A DNA stretch of 64,000 nt, taken from a virus (Duplodnaviria; Caudoviricetes). The translations under genes and the position numbers were made by a program. Location: IMG/VR virus record IMGVR_UViG_3300033120_000845, positions 1-64,000 of that record; one strand, given 5' to 3'. Of the stretch, positions 55,825 through 64,000 are shown piece after piece (position 1 is the stretch's first letter; every line of letters starts with the position of its first letter). Under the pieces are notes generated by a model. It searched no databases, was not told the DNA's origin, and was given only the letters and a program-made list of their open reading frames with translations.

Positions 55825-57930
55825 ATGTGTAACAAATGTAACCAAACAAATACAAATACTAAATGTGGTGGATGTAACGACACCTATCAATACCAAAATA
55901 TTTGTAATGAATGCCCTCCGCAACCCTGCGACTGCCCGGTGGTTGATTTGTCAACAGATTGTGTTTTATACAATCAAGACGACATTCTTTGTGGAGCAAC
56001 AGTTGTAGTCCCTAAGAATACAATCCTTTCAGATGCTTTAAACTTAATTATTACTTGGGTTTGTTCAGGATTTGAGGAAGTTAAAAAATACCTACGATTA
56101 AAAAATGTAGGAACAGGTGCTGAAATTTATGCAGGAGATACACTTCTCGGCGAAAAAAAATTAAGAACCCTAACAACTACTTCAAGCATAATAACTATAA
56201 ACCAAGCTACAGATGAAATTGAGTTTGGAATAGATACTGACGAACTAAACGATTTTGTAAGTATTTCAAATGTTGGGACAGGGGTTCAATCATATAAAGG
56301 ATTTAACTCTCTAACAAGCACTCACGAGTTTAGAACAGTAACAACAGAAAGCTTGGGAATGGGAGAAAGTTTCCTAAGAGACATTCAACAAAATACTAAT
56401 GAGTTAAATGTAAGGGTAAAAACTTTAGTTTCTGACAACTTATCAATTACATCAACAGATGATGAGATAAGGATAGAAACACCAACTACAGCAGCTATAC
56501 CTGCATTATATGTTAATAATTTATATGAACCATCTTATGAAGAATGGTTAGCAGAAAACACAATACAAAATGGCGGAACACCTATAGTAGGTTTTGTATT
56601 TAGAGGAAAAGGAACCTTAGCACAACCCTTCACAGATTCAGTAGTTTACCCCTTAGCAGGAGGTTCACCAACTACAACACCAAATACAGCTATTCAAAAT
56701 GCCTTAGATGGGGATACAGCCTATACGACACCATATAGTTATGTGGGAACAGATAGTAGATTACGCCCATCCAGAAACGGGGAAAAGATAATCATACAAA
56801 GTAATAATTCAAGTTACACTTTTACAGGAGATTTCGGGTATAGTAACATAGATGTTAAGATAGAAGGTGCTGTTATTTCTACAACTACAGGATATATTAT
56901 TGACATGGATAATGCCGCACATTTCAATGCGTTATCAGACTTGGCAAAAATAGAAGTTTCAAAAGGGTGTTTTTTAACAGTACAGGGGGAAGGTTTTAAA
57001 AACGATGGCACAACTGTAGCTACAAACTTATTTAGTCAATTTAGACTATTAAAATTAATAGGTGACGGTACAATAATAAGTACAGGAACAGATATTACAA
57101 AATATATTTTAACATCAGATAAAACATCTTCAGGAAATACAACAGTAGGATTTTACAACGATGGTATTTGGCATTTTGAAATAAGCTGTCTGTTAGTATC
57201 AGAGTTTCAAGGAATTTTAGCAATTGGAGGAAAAGCTCAAGTTTTTAGTTTTGGAGGTAAATTTCGATCAGGGTCTATATCAAGTGATGTTGATATAAAC
57301 TTAAAAGCCTTCTATTTAAAAGGCGGGGTTTTTAAGCTACAAGACAACTCTAAAATTATTTTATACGGGTTTAACACAACTACTCGTTTAGAAGGTATAA
57401 CATTTGAATCAACGAATGGTTTTACAGCAACTATGTATTCAAGCGGAACAGAGATGACAGGTGAATTGGACACACTGTTTAATAAAGTAAACACTTCAAA
57501 TGCAATTCTTGAATTTACTTCATCTAATAGTGGACTTCAATTTTACCCAACAGAAGTATTTAATTCGCCAAATTTATGGCAGGTAATATTTAAGAACAAT
57601 GTTTTCTCTTTAGGAAATATTGACAACACTAAAGTTGATTTAACATTCGGTAATGCCATTTCAGCTATAAACACAATTGGTAACAATGTTTTAGAACATC
57701 TTAGAAGTTTTACAAGTAAGGAGTTAGCAAGAGTGTCAGGTATGCCTGTAAACTCAGCATATCTTTTAGTAAGACCTGTTACGGCAACAAATTTAATACA
57801 AGGAACAGAATATAAAGTTACCACTTTTGGTGATGGAGCTTTAGGAGCTTTAGGTACTTATTTCATAGCAACAGGCTCAGAAACAGGTACGGGAGTGGGT
57901 TCTTTAATAGAAAGATGTATTTTAATATAA
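55825..57930 (+). CDS. tail fibre/spike protein with Cys-rich N-terminus
   Basis: 701 aa; CNKC/CGGC/CNECPPQPCDCP, two NVGTG..(F/L)RT fibre repeats, AIQNALD then a beta-helix-like region. Confidence 0.75.
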   Translation: MCNKCNQTNTNTKCGGCNDTYQYQNICNECPPQPCDCPVVDLSTDCVLYNQDDILCGATVVVPKNTILSDALNLIITWVCSGFEEVKKYLRLKNVGTGAEIYAGDTLLGEKKLRTLTTTSSIITINQATDEIEFGIDTDELNDFVSISNVGTGVQSYKGFNSLTSTHEFRTVTTESLGMGESFLRDIQQNTNELNVRVKTLVSDNLSITSTDDEIRIETPTTAAIPALYVNNLYEPSYEEWLAENTIQNGGTPIVGFVFRGKGTLAQPFTDSVVYPLAGGSPTTTPNTAIQNALDGDTAYTTPYSYVGTDSRLRPSRNGEKIIIQSNNSSYTFTGDFGYSNIDVKIEGAVISTTTGYIIDMDNAAHFNALSDLAKIEVSKGCFLTVQGEGFKNDGTTVATNLFSQFRLLKLIGDGTIISTGTDITKYILTSDKTSSGNTTVGFYNDGIWHFEISCLLVSEFQGILAIGGKAQVFSFGGKFRSGSISSDVDINLKAFYLKGGVFKLQDNSKIILYGFNTTTRLEGITFESTNGFTATMYSSGTEMTGELDTLFNKVNTSNAILEFTSSNSGLQFYPTEVFNSPNLWQVIFKNNVFSLGNIDNTKVDLTFGNAISAINTIGNNVLEHLRSFTSKELARVSGMPVNSAYLLVRPVTATNLIQGTEYKVTTFGDGALGALGTYFIATGSETGTGVGSLIERCILI

Positions 57931-57964
57931 TATAAAGATTTTTGGTTTATTTTTGTTATTCTTG

Positions 57965-57995
57965 AAAGGCGGGGGAAGAAATTCTTCCGTCTTTT
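57965..57995 (+). terminator. intrinsic terminator
   Basis: AAAGGCGGGGGAAGAAATTCTTCCGTCTTTT hairpin plus T-tract. Confidence 0.6.
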
Positions 57996-58004
57996 ATTTT
58001 TAAT

Positions 58005-58047
58005 AAACTAACCAATTTTTTACATTAAAAACTAATTTGTAATTTTG
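58005..58047 (+). promoter_or_regulatory. late promoter (AAACTAACCAATTTT-N20-TAATTTTG)
   Basis: Third copy of the 15-mer with identical spacing. Confidence 0.8.
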
Positions 58048-58051
58048 CATA

Positions 58052-58717
58052 ATGAATAATAGAGAAGCAGTATCGGTAATAGAAAATTCAGTGAGAGGTG
58101 TGTCGAAAGATTTAGCTGTCCCAAGAAGATATATTTTAAAAGTTTTGCGAGATAATGCTAAAATGTTAATCTCTCAAAAATTACTTGACAGAACATTAAC
58201 ACAAGAAGAAAATCTATACACTCAAATAAGTTGTATTGAATTAGAAAGAATTGAGATTAAAAAATGTCCGGTGATTGAATTTAGAATGTGTAGAGTTGTA
58301 ATGCGTTCAGTAGAGCCTCTACCAACACCTATTTATAGCAGACTTGGTTCAAGTATTAGAGAGGTTGTTTCGGTAGATGGACTATTCGATTTCACTATAG
58401 TTTCGCCGCAGCAATATAGAAGAAACAAAAAAAGACAACATACCTTAAGTAATATAATTTACACCTATATAGACAGCGACAATTACCTTTGGATTTTAGA
58501 TAAAGAGATATTTGCTGTAGATTTAAAAATGATTACTTTAGAATCAGAAAAGGTAATGGATTGCGAGAAAGATGATTGTAAAAACAATTGGGAAGGAATA
58601 TTTACTTGTCCCGATAAACTTTTAACAGCGGTTATTTCTCAAGCAACAGAATTTATTTTAAGAACTTATAAGTCTGTACCTGCTGACCCTAATCCAAACA
58701 CAATAGAAAATGTTTAA
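58052..58717 (+). CDS. ring/tail structural protein (crAss-like)
   Basis: 221 aa; CIELERI..C..C..RS..PLP pattern; precedes IHF-like and tail-tube genes. Confidence 0.6.
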   Translation: MNNREAVSVIENSVRGVSKDLAVPRRYILKVLRDNAKMLISQKLLDRTLTQEENLYTQISCIELERIEIKKCPVIEFRMCRVVMRSVEPLPTPIYSRLGSSIREVVSVDGLFDFTIVSPQQYRRNKKRQHTLSNIIYTYIDSDNYLWILDKEIFAVDLKMITLESEKVMDCEKDDCKNNWEGIFTCPDKLLTAVISQATEFILRTYKSVPADPNPNTIENV

Positions 58718-59171
58718 TTTTTTAAGGGAAAAAGATGTTTTAGATAAAGATTTTTATGACTATTACATAAAGCATCGAAAGAAATATGTAAAAACTTTTT
58801 GTAGATACGCATATTGGAAAAAGGCTATCTGTTCGATTCTCAGAGAAATCCAAATGGAAATGACAGAGAATGAAGGAGGTGTTTACATAAAAGATTGGGG
58901 TTACTTTGCTCATTATATGGCGGTGGATAAGAAAAGAGTAAGACATAAAAAAATCCGCGATATAGCTTATATAAGAAAAAAGAGGACTTACAGATATTTC
59001 CCACACTTCTACCCTGATGATAACTTTAGAGAGTGGACTATGGAGAACACAATGCTTAAATTAAAAATACGAAATAAGAGGTATTTTAAAAGAGGAAAAA
59101 GATATAAATTACATTTCGAGCTTATAAAAACGGCGGAAGAAATGATTAGAAACAATAAAAAACGAATCTGA
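58710..59171 (+). CDS. basic IHF-like protein
   Basis: Helix then EGGVYIKDWGYF; crAss-like gene order. Confidence 0.5.
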   Translation: MFNFLREKDVLDKDFYDYYIKHRKKYVKTFCRYAYWKKAICSILREIQMEMTENEGGVYIKDWGYFAHYMAVDKKRVRHKKIRDIAYIRKKRTYRYFPHFYPDDNFREWTMENTMLKLKIRNKRYFKRGKRYKLHFELIKTAEEMIRNNKKRI

Positions 59172-60064
59172 TGTATTTAGAAGAATTTATAGCAGAGATA
59201 GAATCAGATTTATCTTCTTATGCAGAGTCAGGGGATATAGATAAAGTTTCCATAAAAAGATGGGTTATGAATGAGCTCAAAAGATTTGGAAATGATTTAC
59301 TCGAAACAGGGGAAGAAATATTAGAAGTTAAGAATTCATCCACCACATTACCACAGACATTCAAGAGCTTAAAATTAGCTATGAGATTGGACAGAGATGA
59401 TGACAGATATTTTGACGATGATAGTGATGATAGTTCCTATTCAATAAAGCAGTTTATAAAAAATCCCGCTTATTTCATGGAAACCACAGGAGAATATCAA
59501 ACAGACTGTAATTCTGAAATAATCACAGAAAAAACAAAGATTAGAAACAGAAGTCCCTATTACAAATACAGAAATCCAAAATTCTTATCGTTAACCAAAG
59601 GAATTAAAACCACAGGAGTTATTGACCCCGATTGTTACAATTTAAACCCTTATATTAGAGAAAATGCGGAATATGAAATAAGTATTACAGGGAATCAAAT
59701 TAATGCAAATTTCAGAGAAGGGTTTATCTATTTACAATACACAATGCTCCCAACAGATGAAAATGGAGAATTGTACATACCTGAAACAAGAAACGGATTT
59801 TTAGAAAAGTATTTAGAATTTTATGTAAAATCCCGCATTGTAGAAAACTTAATTGCAAACAATAGAAGTCCACAAACAATAGGACAATTACTCTCATTAT
59901 ACAAACAAGAGGCTCAGAATTATTTACCATTAGCTTTAAGAGAATCTAAATTCAAAGGACTTGGACAGCATTGGGCTAAACGATTTAAAAGACTTTCTCA
60001 CAGAAACATTATTACTTACGACTTACCAAAACTATTAAGAATCCCTAACCCACGTTATTATTAA
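59171..60064 (+). CDS. tail tubular protein (P22 gp4-like)
   Basis: YEI..NQINANFREGFIYLQY...PTDENG..IP..LEFYV; position before the stabilisation protein. Confidence 0.65.
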   Translation: MYLEEFIAEIESDLSSYAESGDIDKVSIKRWVMNELKRFGNDLLETGEEILEVKNSSTTLPQTFKSLKLAMRLDRDDDRYFDDDSDDSSYSIKQFIKNPAYFMETTGEYQTDCNSEIITEKTKIRNRSPYYKYRNPKFLSLTKGIKTTGVIDPDCYNLNPYIRENAEYEISITGNQINANFREGFIYLQYTMLPTDENGELYIPETRNGFLEKYLEFYVKSRIVENLIANNRSPQTIGQLLSLYKQEAQNYLPLALRESKFKGLGQHWAKRFKRLSHRNIITYDLPKLLRIPNPRYY

Positions 60065-60069
60065 AAATC

Positions 60070-60510
60070 ATGGCAAAAATTGATTACACAAAATACACAT
60101 TTCAAGAATTAATTGACAGAATAGAGTTTGCAAGATTCTTTGACTTACCAAGAATGACTCGCGAGGCTTTAAAGAGACTGAAGGCTTTAATTGACACAAA
60201 TGAACCAAAGTATAAAGTTTACACAGCTTTATTAACACAAACAGGAACAGATGCTCCTGTAGCCACAGTTTTAGAGAATACATTAGGTGTAGATGTTGTG
60301 TGGAATTATGACGAAAAAGGTATGTATAGTACCTCCCTTATAGGTGAAAAAGCCGTGTTTATACCTAACGATTTTACACAAGATTTTAATGTTACAGGAA
60401 TTTCAATCAGCACTTCTATTATAACACTAATAACTTTAAAATTAGCAGAGCTTACAACAGAAAATGAAATTTTAAATAACACACCAATAGAAATAAGAGT
60501 ATACAACTAA
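60070..60510 (+). CDS. structural protein, paralogue of 50875..51396
   Basis: KVYTALLTQTGTDAPVATVLENTLG..TPIEIRVY. Confidence 0.7.
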   Translation: MAKIDYTKYTFQELIDRIEFARFFDLPRMTREALKRLKALIDTNEPKYKVYTALLTQTGTDAPVATVLENTLGVDVVWNYDEKGMYSTSLIGEKAVFIPNDFTQDFNVTGISISTSIITLITLKLAELTTENEILNNTPIEIRVYN

Positions 60511-60519
60511 ACAAATTAA

Positions 60520-63500
60520 ATGAAAAAGAATACAACAGTATCTTCACCTAAAATAGGTATGAATAGAACCACACATGGTTCTCTCTTAAAGCAAGAGGAG
60601 TATTCTTTTGCTTTAAATGCCAACAACACAACAGAACAAGGTGAACGCTTAAATATCACCAACGAACCATCTAATATCCTTGCGGTTGAATTTCCGCAGG
60701 GATATATCGTTATTGGGTATAAGTACAATTCATTATTAAATAAAACATATTTATTATTGACAAATCCTGAAACAGGCTTTAGTTCAATAGGATACATTGA
60801 CTACGATTTTCAATATGTGTACACCCCAGATGAAGAAAATTCTTGTGGAGATTGTTATCAAACACAATTACAATTAGGTACTCCATTAGAAGATTTAATA
60901 CAAACAGCAAACCAAACTTATGTTGAGTTGTTGAATGATGAATGTAATGGAGACTTAGCTTTTGATATAAATTATCCTTTTCTAACAATAGAAATAAAAA
61001 CAGAAAAGAACCATAATGTAATGTATTTTACAAATGGTAAAAATACAGGATATTATTTGAATTTAAGTGATATTGAATATTACAAATACGAGGGTGAGTA
61101 TATTTGTGGAGTAGATGTTCTACCAACCACTTGCATTGACGTATCTAAAATGAAGATATTTCCTTCTCATAGAATACTCCAAATTGACCCTGAAACAATT
61201 CAGAACAGTGGAAATTTAAAATTAGGAACATATACATTCTATGCTTCTTATTGTGACGCGCAAGGAAATGAAATAACGAACTATTCAACACCTACAAATC
61301 CAGTAAGAATCTTTGATGAAAATAACTTCATTTTAGAACAGCCTGATTTAGATAACGCTACAAATTTCGCAATAAAATTAAAAATAAATAATCTTGACAC
61401 ACAACATTTTAAATATTATAAAGTAATTGTTCAAGAAATATCAACAGTTGCAAAAGGGTATTCTTATTTTGTTGCGGGAATTTACCCTACGACAAATAAC
61501 ACTGTATTATACACTTCAAATTTAGAAAAAGACAGAGCAAGCGTTGACAACATAAAAATAGTAAAACCAACTTATGAAACTATTGATAAATTAGTAGCTT
61601 CAAACAACACTTTATTCCTATACGGACTTAAAGAGAAAAGGCAATTCAATTTACAACCTGTAGTTAATTTATTTTCATCTTTACTTAAATGGAGCAGTTC
61701 AATAGCTAAAGAAGCATTATACAAAAATCCAATCCCAACTTCTAAATATGTTGGATATAGAAGAGATGAAGTACAGCCATTCAGCATTAGATTTAGATAT
61801 AAAGATGGAGGACTTTCTCCTGTTTACCCGTTTATTGGCAGACCTGCGAACACAACAGATTTAGAAACAATTTCTGTGGATGACATTAATTATCAATCTA
61901 TCCACGATTACGATTCAAGTTGTACCGAGAATGATAGAACTAAGAGATGGCAATTGTTCAACACAGCTTCTGTAACAGATGTTTGTAGCACCCCTACAGA
62001 TAATGCAATTGAAGTTGTGGATGATTACACAAGAACGTGTCTAATAGAGAATGTGGCAACAATTCCAACAGATGTCATAACATTTGAACCACCTGTGGGG
62101 TACACCGATTTTGAAACATTTTTAAATGAATACAGAGATGACCCCTCTTACTATATTCCTGAGATAGCTCCATATTTAACAGACACCTATCCTGATGACC
62201 ATTGTACACCAATATTTCAGGGCGAATGCTCGACACCTGTTCTTTCATCCTCTGTAAATTTAGTAGGGTCGGTTAACGGAGAAGTAGTAACTAACATTTA
62301 TAAAAGAGAAGCCGAGTATCAAAGGTCTGTTGCACCTAAATTCTGTAATAACTTTTTAGTTAGTATGGAAGATGGGAAAAAAGTAAAAGATACAGCTTTT
62401 ATAGCAGACTTTTTACCATGTGGGGTTACGGTGTATGAAAGAAACTCAACGGATGTTACAAATGAAAGTTGTGCTTATGCTGTAGATATTATAAACTATC
62501 CAACATATCAAAGTAATTTAGCGGGATATTATCACAATTATTATGGTAATAGTAATGCAAATCCACTTTTATCTACATTAGTTTCAGATGGAGATTTGGT
62601 TCAGAATGTAAGTATTGTTTCAGGAACTACAGGAAGTATAACAGTGGTAATTGATGGTACTTCTTATGCTCAAGCATACTTAGGGACACCTGCCGCTACA
62701 ATGACAGCATTTTTCTCAACACATGAAGCCGCAATAGAAACACAAACAGGTGGAACTTTAACTTATAGTTCAGGTGTAATATCTTTAACAAACGCTTTAA
62801 TACTAATAGATACAGTTATACCTTCGGGAGATGTAATACCTTCATACACAGTTACGGGAAATTTTGCGGAAAAACTCCATAAAAATGCTTTATTCTTCAA
62901 AGGCATAAGAAACGGTAGAAATGAATTAGTATTAGAGATAACGAAAAATAGCAATTGTGCAACAGAAGATTACTTAACTAATAGTAATTTTTCAAGAGTA
63001 TCTATTTTTGATAGTTGTTCTTCAGGAACATTATTACACACAGAAATAATTAATACAAATAGTGGGTTATTAAAAGTAATCGATACTTCTGCATATCTAA
63101 GTACGTTCATAGTTGCAATTGACACACCTTTAAAAAAAGAGGTAAGTTTAGTTGATGAGTGTGGAACTTGTGGGGGAGATGACCAACCCGCTTGTACTTA
63201 TGAAAACACTCATGTTTTATACACAAATTGTGGATGCTTCGCGGTACTTATCAGAGACACCGAAGTAAAAGAAAAAACAGTAGAGTGGGAGAGTATCATA
63301 ATTGACAAACAAGAAACTTACACCTCTACATGTACTACATATTTACCACAAGTGGGAGAATGTGATACAGTGCCGTTTCAAAAAGGTGAATTTTCATACT
63401 GGGAATCAACGGAAACTTACCCTAATAATTCAGAAGTTTATGACAGCTCTAATTTAATTGTATTAGAATCTGATTTAAACCTGTCTCCTGCGGATAAAGC

Positions 63501-64000
63501 AAAATTCAAGGAATATTATACAGAAAGTGTAATAGATGGCACTTATACGTTAAAAACAACAACAGATTTTAGATGTGCTCATATCAGACATTTCAAAATG
63601 CCCGATAATAGAGTTTCACCTTTCATGTATGAATCAACCCTTCCCGAATTTGCAGGGTCGTTTATATTTCCTTTAGGTGTGGAATTAGATTCCTCTGTTG
63701 TGAACACAATGCTTAGTGTGGCTGTAAGAAACAATTTAATCTCTCAAGAAGAATTAAATAACATTGACAGCTATGAAATATTAAGAGGGGATACGGCAAT
63801 TTCTAAGTCTATTATAAGCAGTGGGTTAGCGTATGACATGTATAAGTACGAGGAGCGTGGAAAAGTAGTGCATTATCCAAATTACCCACACAATGACCTT
63901 TCAGACGATAAATTACATTACACGGATGGAAGTAGAAACCAATTAATAAAACACCCAAATAATAGAACAGGGAATAGTAAATACAGCTATATATCACCCG
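60520..64000 (+). CDS. tail stabilisation protein (P22 gp10-like), runs off the window end
   Basis: Absent from the ORF track, consistent with no stop inside the window; starts MKKNTTVSSPKIGMNRTTHGSLLKQEEYSFALNAN; contains GYRRDEVQPFSI and IRHFKMPD; crAss-like gene order. Confidence 0.75.
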   Translation, partial: MKKNTTVSSPKIGMNRTTHGSLLKQEEYSFALNANNTTEQGERLNITNEPSNILAVEFPQGYIVIGYKYNSLLNKTYLLLTNPETGFSSIGYIDYDFQYVYTPDEENSCGDCYQTQLQLGTPLEDLIQTANQTYVELLNDECNGDLAFDINYPFLTIEIKTEKNHNVMYFTNGKNTGYYLNLSDIEYYKYEGEYICGVDVLPTTCIDVSKMKIFPSHRILQIDPETIQNSGNLKLGTYTFYASYCDAQGNEITNYSTPTNPVRIFDENNFILEQPDLDNATNFAIKLKINNLDTQHFKYYKVIVQEISTVAKGYSYFVAGIYPTTNNTVLYTSNLEKDRASVDNIKIVKPTYETIDKLVASNNTLFLYGLKEKRQFNLQPVVNLFSSLLKWSSSIAKEALYKNPIPTSKYVGYRRDEVQPFSIRFRYKDGGLSPVYPFIGRPANTTDLETISVDDINYQSIHDYDSSCTENDRTKRWQLFNTASVTDVCSTPTDNAIEVVDDYTRTCLIENVATIPTDVITFEPPVGYTDFETFLNEYRDDPSYYIPEIAPYLTDTYPDDHCTPIFQGECSTPVLSSSVNLVGSVNGEVVTNIYKREAEYQRSVAPKFCNNFLVSMEDGKKVKDTAFIADFLPCGVTVYERNSTDVTNESCAYAVDIINYPTYQSNLAGYYHNYYGNSNANPLLSTLVSDGDLVQNVSIVSGTTGSITVVIDGTSYAQAYLGTPAATMTAFFSTHEAAIETQTGGTLTYSSGVISLTNALILIDTVIPSGDVIPSYTVTGNFAEKLHKNALFFKGIRNGRNELVLEITKNSNCATEDYLTNSNFSRVSIFDSCSSGTLLHTEIINTNSGLLKVIDTSAYLSTFIVAIDTPLKKEVSLVDECGTCGGDDQPACTYENTHVLYTNCGCFAVLIRDTEVKEKTVEWESIIIDKQETYTSTCTTYLPQVGECDTVPFQKGEFSYWESTETYPNNSEVYDSSNLIVLESDLNLSPADKAKFKEYYTESVIDGTYTLKTTTDFRCAHIRHFKMPDNRVSPFMYESTLPEFAGSFIFPLGVELDSSVVNTMLSVAVRNNLISQEELNNIDSYEILRGDTAISKSIISSGLAYDMYKYEERGKVVHYPNYPHNDLSDDKLHYTDGSRNQLIKHPNNRTGNSKYSYISP

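Noticed and set aside
52313-57930. Diversity-generating retroelement acting on tail fibres
   Set aside because: No reverse transcriptase and no near-identical TR/VR pair differing at adenines were seen. The internal fibre repeat is an old in-frame duplication.
36256-64000. Stop-codon reassignment, known in some crAss-like phages
   Set aside because: Long structural ORFs are intact in the standard code, and TAG/TGA act as real stops (e.g. 36708, 42391, 59171).

Overview
This 64-kb window is a slice of a large, AT-rich lytic dsDNA phage of Bacteroidota (probably a Flavobacteriia host). It uses the standard genetic code and has crAss-like (Crassvirales-type podovirus) virion genes. The left half (1 to ~34.0 kb) is transcribed almost entirely on the minus strand. 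It holds many tiny hypothetical ORFs, two C5-cytosine methyltransferases, a DenV-type glycosylase, GroEL/GroES, SSB, a dATP/dGTP diphosphohydrolase, PhoH, thioredoxin, RecA, a NinG-like nuclease and a compact PolA-fold protein, driven by Bacteroidota-type TTG-N~20-TAnnTTTG promoters. After divergent promoters at ~34.0-34.1 kb, the plus strand carries terminase, portal, scaffold, major capsid, ring/structural genes, lysis genes, tail fibres and tail tube/stabilisation genes. The most striking unannotated signal is an integron-like cassette system at three loci (1-2748, 14509-15657, 17778-20490). It has ten related AAC...GTT-bounded imperfect hairpins plus one distinct terminal hairpin, separating nine gene cassettes. 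The two ends of each cassette are mutually complementary, with an A/C mismatch at position 11 (offset by a 1-nt bulge in one cassette). No integrase is present in the window. All protein calls come from motif recognition and gene order only; no database searches were run.
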